Below, piece after piece: positions 39,530-49,315 of a DNA stretch of 64,000 bases (its first letter is position 1; each line of letters opens with the position of its first letter). The DNA is from Candidatus Eiseniibacteriota bacterium (GTDB taxonomy: Bacteria; Eisenbacteria; RBG-16-71-46), in the NCBI GenBank assembly GCA_963717935.1, contig CAVQXP010000004.1, forward strand, positions 992,001 through 1,056,000. Direction: 5' to 3'. The notes under the pieces are model-generated. The model ran no database searches, was not told the origin of the DNA, and was given only the letters and a program-made list of their open reading frames with translations. A program made the position numbers and the translations under genes.

Positions 39530-40495
39530 CTAGAACTTGTGGCAGCCGACGTTGAAGCAGCCCTGGCCCCGAAGCGACTCGCTCAGGAACAGGCGGCTGG
39601 TGTACGAGCCGTGGATGTCCGTGTGGCAGCCGTTGCACGGCACGCCCGCCCATCTCGTCCCGTGCATCGGGTTCGAGTCGTGGCGGGGGACCGAATGGCA
39701 CTGCGTGCACAGCTGGAAACGGGGCGCTTCGTAGGGCTGCTTGAGCATCCTCGGCAGGTGCGAGCCGTGTGGTTCGTGACATGTCATGCACCCGCCCTCC
39801 TCCGTCGAGTAGTCGACGGTCGCCGGGTGCTCGAACGGGAACGGTCCCTCGAATTCGCCGTGGCACTTCATGCAGACGTTCGTGCCGTTCGACGCCAGCG
39901 GGCGTCGCGTGGCGTCGAGGGTCAGGTGGCACTCGCTGCACTTGACGATGCCGTCCTTCACCGGGTGGTGGTACGACCTGGCGAACTGGCCCTCGACGTC
40001 CCTGTGGCACCCGAGACACAGACCACTCTCGGCTTGCCGAAGGAGCGCCGGATGCTTCGACGCGTGGACGCGGTGGCACGCGCTGCAGTTGACGTCATTC
40101 GTCGCATGGACGTTCTTCTCGAGCATGTTCTGCTGGTGCGCGCTCTGGTGGCACGCCGAGCACAGGCGCGCCTCGGCGGCGGCGCTGGCCCCGGCCGGAC
40201 GGGTCATGGCGTACGCGCCCGGGTCCTCCTCCCAGTGACGGCGGTCACCGGCGTGGCAATCCGTGCAGGCGATGCGTGCACCGGGGCCATCGAGCCCGTC
40301 GCCGGGCAGCCGGTGCCCGGTCGTGGCGAGAGTCGTGTCCTGGCCGGTGTGACAGTCGAGGCACACCTTGCTCACGCGGGGGTTGTCCCGCGCGAGCGAC
40401 TCGCCCCCGGGTGCGAAGCACAGCGCGCCCAGCAGTGAGCACGCGAGCAGAGACGGGAACACGCAGCGGGAGGGGATCCTGTCGGAGACGGGCAA
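39530..40495 (-). CDS. MtrA/DmsE-family multiheme cytochrome c (10 CxxCH plus 1 CxxxxCH)
   Basis: CLDCH, CTDCH, CSACH twice, CLGCH, CSECH, CMKCH, CMTCH, CTQCH, CNGCH; GPFPFEHP, HTDIHGS; terminal CFNVGCH; TTG start after GGAGGGAG. Confidence 0.92.
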   Translation of the reverse strand: MPVSDRIPSRCVFPSLLACSLLGALCFAPGGESLARDNPRVSKVCLDCHTGQDTTLATTGHRLPGDGLDGPGARIACTDCHAGDRRHWEEDPGAYAMTRPAGASAAAEARLCSACHQSAHQQNMLEKNVHATNDVNCSACHRVHASKHPALLRQAESGLCLGCHRDVEGQFARSYHHPVKDGIVKCSECHLTLDATRRPLASNGTNVCMKCHGEFEGPFPFEHPATVDYSTEEGGCMTCHEPHGSHLPRMLKQPYEAPRFQLCTQCHSVPRHDSNPMHGTRWAGVPCNGCHTDIHGSYTSRLFLSESLRGQGCFNVGCHKF

Positions 40496-40683
40496 CGCGA
40501 CTCCCTCCGGAAGAGGGGTGAGGACGAAGGCCTCCCCGTCGCGGCGCCGGGAGCGGTGCGTCGCCGCCGCCGGGTGCGCGGCAGCGGATGACCCGGCAGG
40601 GCCGCGATCGTGCGTGAAGGATGGAAGAGGCATGAGTCTCGGAATGCCTTCCAGGGCACCAGGAACGCGGCCAGACGGAAGTC

Positions 40684-40729
40684 AGGATACTGAAAAGCCA
40701 CCGGGGTGTCTACGTAATAACACGTATAC
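40684..40729 (-). promoter_or_regulatory. Sigma70 promoter with an overlapping palindromic operator for the cytochrome operon
   Basis: Minus strand TAGACA-17bp-TATCCT; palindrome GTCTACGT-N6-ACGTATAC at 40708-40729. Confidence 0.55.
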
Positions 40730-40946
40730 CTTGGGCGTAGTCCTCCCGCCGTTGCCGGCGGCGGATCATGGCCGTTGTCTGCCGACGGGAGCGCCCCATC
40801 CACGTGGGGCCGCAGGGCTCGCGGGAGTCGATTCAGTCTGGTCCATGACCGGCGCAAACGGGCCCGTCCTCACGGACCCGTCAACTTCGACGGGCATCTG
40901 GCCGATAACGCCAGAGCCGCAATCACGACTCCGGGAGGACGCAGCT

Positions 40947-41759
40947 ATGACCGACCCCGATGCGGCGCAGCGTGCGCGCGAGTGGCTCGAACGGCAGTTG
41001 GCCGAGTTGGGTCAGCTACGCAACGCAACGCGGCGCGACCCGAACTTCAAGACGTGGCGGCAGCAGACCCTTACGGTGATCCAGCGCGTCTGGCCTGGCG
41101 AGGCACGCCGGGTGGACCGCTTCCGCCGGATCCCGTTCACTCCGCCGACCCCGCACGCCACGGCCGCCCAGGCGCGCGACGGCTACGAGCGCGGCTGGGG
41201 CGAGGCCGGCGTGCTGCTGCGCGAGTTCCTCGCCGAGATCAACGTGCTCGGTCTGCCGCAGGTCCGGGCGGCCGGGACGTACGCGGGCTCGGAGACCGAG
41301 GCGGCGATGGGCTCGATGCCGACACTGCACGGTCAGGATGCGCCGTGGCCGAGGGTGGCGACAGCGCTGGCGGACGCGGGTGAGCCCGCCGCCCTGCAGC
41401 CGAAGGACGACGGGTTCGGAGACGACATCGGACGTGCCATGGACCGGCTGCTGAGCCGCTCGCCCGTCTTCCGCGCCTCGACCTCCATCCCGCGGCCTGC
41501 GCCCGCGGATGCGGCTCCCGAGCCGGGCTCCCCGGCGGCGGAACTGACGCGGCTCGCGGACGAATTGGAGACGCTGGGGCTCTCCCCGACGCGCGCCGGT
41601 TCGGCGCGGGCGGCGCTGCTCGCGCTGGCGCGGGCGGCGCAGTCGGAGGCGCCACCCTGGGAACTGGTGGGCGAAGTGCTGGGGCACGCCGGCGCCACGC
41701 CGGCGCTCGCGCGGCGCGTCCTGCCCCTGCTGCTCGAGTTCATCGCGACGGCAGCCTAG
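40947..41759 (+). CDS. Hypothetical helical protein
   Basis: GGAGG RBS, GC-rich third codon positions; NFKTWRQQTLTVIQRVWP; no family recognised. Confidence 0.7.
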   Translation: MTDPDAAQRAREWLERQLAELGQLRNATRRDPNFKTWRQQTLTVIQRVWPGEARRVDRFRRIPFTPPTPHATAAQARDGYERGWGEAGVLLREFLAEINVLGLPQVRAAGTYAGSETEAAMGSMPTLHGQDAPWPRVATALADAGEPAALQPKDDGFGDDIGRAMDRLLSRSPVFRASTSIPRPAPADAAPEPGSPAAELTRLADELETLGLSPTRAGSARAALLALARAAQSEAPPWELVGEVLGHAGATPALARRVLPLLLEFIATAA

Positions 41760-41838
41760 GCCGGCCCTCGCCCGGGAACGGGCCTCGTCACGCGCGCACC
41801 CTGTGCTATCCTGCGGCTCCTCAGGGGCCCCGCACGAG

Positions 41839-42195
41839 ATGAAACCCGATCGCCATACCATCAAGTCGCAGGAAGCGCCGGAGCTTGCCCAACGGCTCGC
41901 TCGCGACCGCAACCACCAGGAACTGCACCCCGGGCACCTGCTCGCCGCCCTCCTGCAGGAGCCCGGGGGCACGGTCGCCGCGGTGCTCGAGAAGCTCGGC
42001 GTACAGCGCCAGCGACTGCTCGACCAGACCGTCGAGGCGCTCGATCGCCTCCCCGGGTGCAGGGCGGAACGAAGTACGTGGGCGAGAGCCTGCGCCTCGT
42101 GCTCGAGGCCGCCGAGCAGACGGCAGACCGGCTCAAGGACGACTACGTCAGCGTCGAGCACCTGCTCATGGCGCTTGCGGGCAGCAGGGGAGACG
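41839..42195 (+). pseudogene. clpB: Truncated, frameshifted ClpB N-terminal domain
   Basis: TIKSQEA..AQRLA..NHQELHPGHLLAALL, a frameshift near 42055, then LEAAEQTADRLKDDYVSVEHLLMAL; no AAA+ domain follows. Confidence 0.8.
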
Positions 42196-42418
42196 CGGAG
42201 TTTCGGGGGTCATTCCCACCTCGAGATGACCCTGACTCGGAATCCCTTTGACCGCGAGGACGGCTTCATGCTCCACTGGACAGGTTCATCCAAGACTCCT
42301 CCCGGCACGGGTTGACGGGCTCCGACACCACCCGGTTCGAGCGGCAGGCCTCCGGACGACCCGCCACCCTGCGCCCACGGTTTCCCGGGTCTCCACATCG
42401 AGCGGTGCGCGGACCTTC

Positions 42419-43669
42419 ATGAAGACCATCCTCTTCGTCGATGACAGCCCGGCCGCGTCGTATGGCGGATCGAAGCGCGTCCTGGTGGACGTCGTCACCC
42501 GTCTCGATCGTTCCGTCTGGCGCCCGCACGCCGCCTTCCGCACGGACGGGCCGTACCGGGCCGACCTCGAGGCGGCGGGTGTTCCCACCCTCGTCTATGG
42601 CCCGACGGCGCCACGCTCCGCATCACGCCCGCGCCCCGCCGGGATCCACCGGCTCGGGCTCGACACCACCTCCGAGGGGACGGTGCGCCGGAGCGCCCTG
42701 CGCCGCCTCCTGTGGAACGGGCGAACGGCCTTCCACTATGCGTGGCGGGACCGCCTCGTGGCGCGGGGACTGTGTGCCGCGCTCCCCCGTGGCATTTCCC
42801 TGGTGCATTACAACTCCCGCATGGTGGACGGCTATGAATGGGCGCACGTGGCGCGGTCTCTCGGCGCCGCGCTGGTGATCCATGATCACGAGGTGTGGCG
42901 GGAGCCGACGCTCGCGTATCGTCTCGTGGCTCGCCAGGCCGCGTGTCTCGTCTGCCTGACCGGGGAGCGCGCGGCTCTGGTGCGCGAGTTCTGCGGGGAC
43001 TCGGTCCGGACGGCGGTGGTTCCCAACGGCATCGACCTGGAGGCCATGGCGGCCGGGCGCCAGCCGGAGAGAGTCGCGGCGCTGAAGGCGGAGCTGCGGG
43101 GCCGCCCACTCCTCGTCACGGCGGCGCACTACCAGCCCTGGAAGGGGCAACTCCCGGCACTCGACGCGGCGGCCCGGCTGGTCGCCGGAGGCCACTCGTT
43201 CCTCTGGAGGTTCTGCGGGCACCCGACGGACCCGGCGTACTTCGAGGCCGTCCGGGCCAGGGCCGAATCCCTTGGCCTCCAGGACCACGTCGTCGTCGAT
43301 TCACAGCGGGACGACGTGCCGGCGCTGCTCGAGGTCGCCGACCTGGCGGTGCACACCGCGATCGAGCCGGAACCGTTCAGTCTCTTCATCCTCGAGGCGA
43401 TGGCCTTTGGCGTGCCGATCGTCGCGGCACGCGCCGGCGGGCACACGGAGGTCGTCCGCCAGGGCGTGGAGGGACTCCTCTACACGCCGCGCGATGCCAC
43501 CGCGCTGGCGGAGGCGGTCGCTGCGCTGCTCGCGGACCCCGCGCTCGGCCGGAGATTCGGCACCGCGGGCCTGGAGCGTGTCCGCGACGCCTACACCATC
43601 GCCACCCAGGTGGAGCGCCTCGAGGCGATCTACCGGGAGGCCGTCCTCAGACCAGCGCCCCGGGCCTGA
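42419..43669 (+). CDS. GT4-family glycosyltransferase
   Basis: YGGSKR, VVPNGID, PWKGQ, EPFSLFILEAMAFGVPIVA. Confidence 0.9.
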   Translation: MKTILFVDDSPAASYGGSKRVLVDVVTRLDRSVWRPHAAFRTDGPYRADLEAAGVPTLVYGPTAPRSASRPRPAGIHRLGLDTTSEGTVRRSALRRLLWNGRTAFHYAWRDRLVARGLCAALPRGISLVHYNSRMVDGYEWAHVARSLGAALVIHDHEVWREPTLAYRLVARQAACLVCLTGERAALVREFCGDSVRTAVVPNGIDLEAMAAGRQPERVAALKAELRGRPLLVTAAHYQPWKGQLPALDAAARLVAGGHSFLWRFCGHPTDPAYFEAVRARAESLGLQDHVVVDSQRDDVPALLEVADLAVHTAIEPEPFSLFILEAMAFGVPIVAARAGGHTEVVRQGVEGLLYTPRDATALAEAVAALLADPALGRRFGTAGLERVRDAYTIATQVERLEAIYREAVLRPAPRA

Positions 43670-43739
43670 GCGAAGCCGGCCCGCGAGGCTGCCGCGCCCG
43701 GCTGGTCCCGCGAGGACCGCCAGTGTCCTTCCGGCCCCC

Positions 43740-44723
43740 TCAGTCCCGGGACGGCGGCGCTTCGCCGTCCGGCTTCGGCGGCGGCGGCCCCCCGCGCCCC
43801 CTCACGGACCCGAAGAGGCGCTTGCCGGCCGCCCGCAGGATCCTCGCCGGGGCGAAGTCGTAGCGGAGGCTGGTGAACAGGCAACGAAGTGCCGCGCGCC
43901 GATCGTGGTGACGGTCGAGATGGTCCCGGCCCAGGGCCCACATGCGACGGGCGTAGATCCGGCGGTAGAGGGGGTTCCCCGTGTCGGCCAGCGGTCGATG
44001 ATGGTGCTCGAACAACTGCTCGTACGCGTTCAACAGCCGGGCGAGGTCGGACGTGATGCTTCCCCCGGTCTTGATGTACCGGTACAGGGGGCCCGGAGCA
44101 TAGGCGGCGATCACACCGGCACGGAGCATCCGGATGCCGAGTTCCCAGTCCTCGTAACAACGGAACGCGGGATCGTAGCCGCCGATCCGGAGCAGCATCT
44201 CGCGCTTCAGCAGCATCGTCCGCTCGACGAAGTTGCGCTCGAGCATGGCGGGGAGCCAGTCGGAAGCCGGGCCCTTCGGGGGAGTGCTCGCGAAGACCTG
44301 ACCACCGTCGGCGCCCACCCGCACGATGTCGGTGATGCACCACTCTGCCCCGGGCGTGCGCTCGATAGCGGCCAACGAGCACTCCAGCGCGAGCGGATCG
44401 AGCGCGTCATCCGCGTCGAGGGGGACGATCCACTCCCCGCGAGCGTGTCGGATCGCGGTGTTCCGCGCACCGGAGACGCCTGCGTTGCGCTGCCGGATGG
44501 CGGCGGAGAGCCTCCCCTCGGCCAGGAGCCGCTCGAGCGCCTGCGGTGTCCCGTCCGTGGAGCCGTCGTCCACGGCGATCACCTCCAGCGCCGGGAGGGT
44601 CTGGGCCTCGACGGAGCGGACCGCGCGCTCGAGCGCGTCCGCGCAGTTGTAGGCCGGGAGGCACACGGTGATCGAGCCTCGCGCGGGCGGACCGGAGGCG
44701 TGCCCCGGTGCGTGGTCGTTCAT
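43740..44723 (-). CDS. GT2-family glycosyltransferase
   Basis: VCLPAYN, VDDGSTD, NAGVSGARN, LDADD, EDWEL. Confidence 0.92.
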   Translation of the reverse strand: MNDHAPGHASGPPARGSITVCLPAYNCADALERAVRSVEAQTLPALEVIAVDDGSTDGTPQALERLLAEGRLSAAIRQRNAGVSGARNTAIRHARGEWIVPLDADDALDPLALECSLAAIERTPGAEWCITDIVRVGADGGQVFASTPPKGPASDWLPAMLERNFVERTMLLKREMLLRIGGYDPAFRCYEDWELGIRMLRAGVIAAYAPGPLYRYIKTGGSITSDLARLLNAYEQLFEHHHRPLADTGNPLYRRIYARRMWALGRDHLDRHHDRRAALRCLFTSLRYDFAPARILRAAGKRLFGSVRGRGGPPPPKPDGEAPPSRD

Positions 44724-46288
44724 GGCAGCCTCGTGCGATCCCGCCCCGCTCCGACGAGCGGAAGCACGGCCCACAGGCGACGGATCTCCGCGGCGCCCAG
44801 CGAGAGGTACACCGAGCCCGCGAGCGCGAGCATCCCGCCCAGCATGCCGGCGATCAGGACGCTGGCGAGGCTGCCCTGGTAGACGGGCCGCAGCAGCCAG
44901 AGCAGCGCCAGCCCGGGCGCCGCCCCGAGCACGGCCCTCGGCATCGTCCGATAGACCTCCCCGGGCGAGGGGAAGGCCGGATCCAGCCGCCGCGCGAGGA
45001 TGACCATGACCAGATTCTTGCTGACCAGGGCGAAGCTGTTGCCGAGGGCGAACCCGAGGATGCCGAGCCCGAATCCCAGTGCGAGGATCAGACTCACGGC
45101 GACGTTGCAGACCGCCACGCTGATGTCCGCGGTCGCCACCCATCCGATCCGGCCGCGGGCCGTCAAGGCCATGAACACCGGGCTCAGCGCGCCCTCCACG
45201 ACCGCGGGCGCGAGCATGGCGATGAGGTACATCGGCGAGTCCGGATAGTCGGGTCCGACCCATCGCAGCAGGAACAGGTCGCCGCAGATGCAGGGCGTGA
45301 AGCAGGCGGGCACGGAGATGGCGGTCATCACCGCGATCGTGCGCAGCAGCGCGCTCCGGCTGCGCACGGCCTGCCCCTGGGCCTCGAGCATCGTGAAGAG
45401 GGGGGTGAGCCCCGAGGTCAGGGCGAAGATCAACCCCAGCACGATCGGCGTCCAGCGTGCCCCCAGCGAATAGTGCGTGATGGCCGCCGGCCCGTAGAGC
45501 CGCCCGATGAAGAGGTTGTCCGCCGCGACGTAGAGCAGGATCGCGATCTGCGAGATCAGCGCGAAGCCTCCATAGCGAAAGAGGTCCCGGCGGATCCCGG
45601 GCCCGCCAAGCTGGAAGGCCGGGAGGACGGGCCCCACCGTTCCCCTGCGCTGGGCGAGCACGGCCACCGTCAGCATCCCCACCAGCTCGATCACGACCAT
45701 GGCCCCGCCGTAGACCGGCAGGTGCGGACCGAAGAGCGTGAAGGCCGCGAGCACGATCACCAGGCGCACCCAGCCCTGGACGAGCTGGACACGCGAGACC
45801 GTGGCCAGGCGGCCGGTGACGTAGATGGGGACGGCGAGCACGATGGCGAGGTCCGTGATGACGGCGGCGACGATCTGGAGCCCCACGCCGAAGGCAGCCT
45901 CCGGCCGCACCGCCTGGTCGAGATGGAGGAACGCCGTGATCGGCCAGGCCAGCGCCAGTCCGACCAGGAGCACGACGGACCGGAGGATCGCGGTGAGCCA
46001 GAAGCCCGACGCGTAGTACTGGCGTGCCCGCTCGTGCTCGCCGGCGTGATGGTTCAGCGTGACGTAGCGTTGCATCGCGGCGCCGACCCCGCCGCGCAGC
46101 AACGAGAGATAGTCGTACAGCGAGCCGACCACGACGACCAGGCCGTAGAGCTGCGCCTTGAGGTTCGAGAGGATGAACGGTGTCAGGATGAGCCCGACGA
46201 CCAGCGTGGACACGCGCGCCGCCACCGCCATGACGGCGTTGCGGGACGCGTGCGATGCGAGGTCACGGGACGGGGCTGTCGAACTCAT
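44720..46288 (-). CDS. Wzx/MOP-family polysaccharide flippase
   Basis: Many hydrophobic segments; LTPFILSNL..YGL, ADNLFIG..G..ITHYS. Confidence 0.82.
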   Translation of the reverse strand: MSSTAPSRDLASHASRNAVMAVAARVSTLVVGLILTPFILSNLKAQLYGLVVVVGSLYDYLSLLRGGVGAAMQRYVTLNHHAGEHERARQYYASGFWLTAILRSVVLLVGLALAWPITAFLHLDQAVRPEAAFGVGLQIVAAVITDLAIVLAVPIYVTGRLATVSRVQLVQGWVRLVIVLAAFTLFGPHLPVYGGAMVVIELVGMLTVAVLAQRRGTVGPVLPAFQLGGPGIRRDLFRYGGFALISQIAILLYVAADNLFIGRLYGPAAITHYSLGARWTPIVLGLIFALTSGLTPLFTMLEAQGQAVRSRSALLRTIAVMTAISVPACFTPCICGDLFLLRWVGPDYPDSPMYLIAMLAPAVVEGALSPVFMALTARGRIGWVATADISVAVCNVAVSLILALGFGLGILGFALGNSFALVSKNLVMVILARRLDPAFPSPGEVYRTMPRAVLGAAPGLALLWLLRPVYQGSLASVLIAGMLGGMLALAGSVYLSLGAAEIRRLWAVLPLVGAGRDRTRLP

Positions 46289-46608
46289 CGTGCCCCTGCG
46301 GGGCGGGCCGCCCGGAGACCGGATCGCTCGCGCGATCGGCGGGCGGGTCCGCCGCGGCATCGCCACGGGGTCGGCTTCGGTCCATTCGGGGAGGTCATGC
46401 CGTGGTCTCGCGATCGCGTCCGTGGTGGGGCCGGGTCCGCGCCACCGGAGGACTGCGCCACGCGCGCTGCGGTCGCCCCGGGCGGGACCCTCTCGGCCGG
46501 GCGCGGCGTCCACCGGTGACTCGAGTGATGGCGGAGAGGAAACCCGACCTGCATGCGCGTGTCAACGGTCCGGTGACCCGGCGCCCCGCGGGTTCGGTCA
46601 TCCGCCGG

Positions 46609-47940
46609 TCACTCCCCGAGGTCCGCGGCCTTCACCCAGTCGCGGTGCTTGCCGCGGCCGCGCCGCTCGAAGCGGGGCACCACACGCACCTCGACCTGCA
46701 AGCCCAGCCCGCGCGAGACCTCGTAGCGGATCTCCCGTGCCACCGCGTCGCTCCAACCCTCGCCCGCGGTCACGCGCAGCTCGAGACGCCCGCCGGGGAA
46801 CTCGACGAACTGGTACTCGCGCACCTTCCCCGACTTGGCGTGGTGGCGGAAGATGTAGTAGGGGAGTAGCCCGCTCACGACGCGGCCATCGGGCAGCGTG
46901 ATGGCCGCGCCCGCCCGGCCCTGGAGCACGCCCAGCCGTGGCAGCGCGCGCCCGCACGGACACGGGTCGGGCGCGGGCCCCACGAGATCGCCGATCCGGT
47001 AGCGGATCAGTGGCTGGACCCGGTTGTGCAGGTCGGTGAGCAGGATCTCGAACAGGCCCACGCCCACCGGCTCCAGGTCCACCACCACGGACTCGACCGG
47101 CACGTGCATGCCGCCGGCCTCGCACTCGAAGCCCGCCACGCCCGCCTCGGCGCAGCCGTAGGAGTCCACCACGCGGCAGCCGTAGGTCTCGCCCAACCGC
47201 TCGCGCTGGTGCGGTCGCAGCATCTCGGCGGTGGTGATGACCGCGCGCCAGCCGAGCGCGCGCCCGTCCAGGCCCTGCGCGCGGGCCAGCTCCGTGAACT
47301 GCATGACCGCCGAGGGGTAGCCGAAGCCGAAGCGCGCCGGGTGGCGCCGGAGGTCGTCGTAGAAGGCCCGCGCCCGCGCCGGGTCGGTCTCGAAGGCCGA
47401 GAAGCGCCGGCGGTTGAAGAAGCCGTCGCGCAGGCCCGCCTGCCGGCGGCCCGCCCGGTCGAGCGCGAGCCCCCAGAAGTAGGCGTAGGGGTCACCGACA
47501 TCGAGCCCGTGCCAGCGCCAGCCGCGGAAGACGTTGGCGTGGGCGTGCGCCCACGAGAGGTGACCGCGAAGGACCGCGACCGGCGTGCCGGACGAGCCCG
47601 AAGTGGTGGCCTTCACGCTGCCACGGGGAGCGTGCGTCGAGAGCAGGGCCCCCGGGTGCTCCTGCACGTCGCGTTTCTCGAGCGGCGGGATCCGGGCCCA
47701 GTCCGCGGGGTCGCGCAGATCGTCCGGTGAGAAGCCGAGCTTCGACCAGCGCTCCCGGTAGAAGGAGACGGTCTCGAAGGCGTGCCGCGCCAGCGCGCGC
47801 TGGCGCTCCCACTGGAGCGCCAGCAACCGCTCGAGCGGCCAGCCCTGGCTCGCCTCCAGCTCCCGCAGCACCGCCACGACCGGCTCGCCGCGCCACTGCT
47901 GGGCGCCAAGGTAGAGCCGGCGGGCCAGACCAGCGTTCAT
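46609..47940 (-). CDS. CapK/phenylacetate-CoA ligase family protein
   Basis: TTSGSSGTP, GYPS, DSYGCAE, TDLHN..PLIRYRIGD. Confidence 0.88.
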   Translation of the reverse strand: MNAGLARRLYLGAQQWRGEPVVAVLRELEASQGWPLERLLALQWERQRALARHAFETVSFYRERWSKLGFSPDDLRDPADWARIPPLEKRDVQEHPGALLSTHAPRGSVKATTSGSSGTPVAVLRGHLSWAHAHANVFRGWRWHGLDVGDPYAYFWGLALDRAGRRQAGLRDGFFNRRRFSAFETDPARARAFYDDLRRHPARFGFGYPSAVMQFTELARAQGLDGRALGWRAVITTAEMLRPHQRERLGETYGCRVVDSYGCAEAGVAGFECEAGGMHVPVESVVVDLEPVGVGLFEILLTDLHNRVQPLIRYRIGDLVGPAPDPCPCGRALPRLGVLQGRAGAAITLPDGRVVSGLLPYYIFRHHAKSGKVREYQFVEFPGGRLELRVTAGEGWSDAVAREIRYEVSRGLGLQVEVRVVPRFERRGRGKHRDWVKAADLGE

Positions 47941-47998
47941 CGGGGCCTCCTCCCTGAGTCTCTCCGCCAGGTCCCACGGGCCCGGACGGGCACTCCCC

Positions 47999-49315
47999 TC
48001 ACACGGCGCTGCGCTGCGGCGTGTAGAAGACCACCTTGTTCTTGGGCGGGCGCTTGGCCCGCAGCAGTGCCTGGTTGGCGGCGCGCCACAGGTCCTCGCC
48101 GCTCGTCGCGTGGTCCGGGAACAGCGCCACGCCCACGCTCATCGTCACGCCCACCGTGTGCCGCCTGCGGTCGAGTCCCTCGACCTCGACGCCGAGGCGC
48201 TCCACGACCGAGCGCAGGCGCTCCGAGACCGTCACCACGTCGTGGGCGTGCACCGGCGAGGTGAGCAGGATGGCGAACTCCTCGCCGCCCCAGCGCGCCA
48301 CCGTGTCGAACGGACGCACGCCGCGGCTCAATGACTGCGCCACCTGCACCAGCACGTGGTCGCCCGCCCCGTAGCCGAAGGCGGTGTTGAACGACTTGAA
48401 GTCGTCGATGTCCGCGATGCACAACGCCATCGAGTTGCGCTCGCGCTGGGCGCGCGCCATCTCGTTGCGCAGCTGCAGATCGAAGTACGAGCGGTTGTAG
48501 ACCGTGGTGAGGGGGTCGATGAAGATCAGCTTCTCGATCCGGGTGGCGCGCTCCAGCACGCCTGCGCAGGAGTCGGCGAGCAGGGCCACCAGGGCCAGCG
48601 CGTCGGGGGGGAAGCGCTCGGGCTCGCGCGACAACACCTCGATCAGCCCCATCGGCCGGCCCTCGCTCGAGGCGGCAGCGGCGATCACGACCGAGCGGAT
48701 CCGGCGCCGTCGGCCCTCGACCGCGAGCGCGGGACAGTGCTCCGTGTCGGGGCAGTAGAGCAGCACGTCGGGCCGCTCGCGCGCCTCGGCGGCGAGCGCG
48801 GAGGAGAGCGGCTCGGGGCCCGTGGCCTCGTCGCCGGGCGGGATGAAGCGGACCTCGCTGGCGCCCAGCAGCTCGCGACCCGCGTGGTCGAGCTGCTCGA
48901 TCAGCCCGCCGCGCGCCTCGCCGGAGCGCGGGTCGGAGGCGAGCATGGCCTCGTCGAGCCGCAGCAGCCGGCGCACCTGATCGAGCCCGGCCTGGGCCTG
49001 GCTCGGCAGGCTCGAGCGCGGCACCACCAGCAACCCCGAGCGCTCTAGCGGGCCCGGCAGTTCGAGCGTGATGACTCCGAGGGCGTCGCGGGTCTGCCAG
49101 CGCAGGGTGCGCTTGCCGTTCTCGGCCACGGGCACGCGCCGCACCGCGCCGGTCCCCTCCAGGCGCGCGAGCGCATAGAGGGCGGCCTCTTCCAGCTTGG
49201 CGGAAACGCCGGTCTGCAGCGCGCGCTGGACGAGCCGGCGGTCGGTGGGAGGCAATTCGTCCAGCGGGAGCAACCGTTCGATCAGTTCCCGGAAGTCGAT
49301 CGCCTTCTGTCGCAT
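47999..49315 (-). CDS. GAF-GGDEF diguanylate cyclase
   Basis: DPLTTVYNR, DIDDFKSFN, I-site RPFD, active site GGEEF; alternative start at 49345. Confidence 0.9.
   Translation of the reverse strand: MRQKAIDFRELIERLLPLDELPPTDRRLVQRALQTGVSAKLEEAALYALARLEGTGAVRRVPVAENGKRTLRWQTRDALGVITLELPGPLERSGLLVVPRSSLPSQAQAGLDQVRRLLRLDEAMLASDPRSGEARGGLIEQLDHAGRELLGASEVRFIPPGDEATGPEPLSSALAAEARERPDVLLYCPDTEHCPALAVEGRRRRIRSVVIAAAASSEGRPMGLIEVLSREPERFPPDALALVALLADSCAGVLERATRIEKLIFIDPLTTVYNRSYFDLQLRNEMARAQRERNSMALCIADIDDFKSFNTAFGYGAGDHVLVQVAQSLSRGVRPFDTVARWGGEEFAILLTSPVHAHDVVTVSERLRSVVERLGVEVEGLDRRRHTVGVTMSVGVALFPDHATSGEDLWRAANQALLRAKRPPKNKVVFYTPQRSAV

Noticed and set aside
36827..40438. 1203-aa plus-strand ORF, and similar long ORFs at 31064..34294, 26056..28926 and 49639..52527
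   Set aside because: Stop-poor antisense frames typical of high-GC DNA; the opposite strand carries clear motifs
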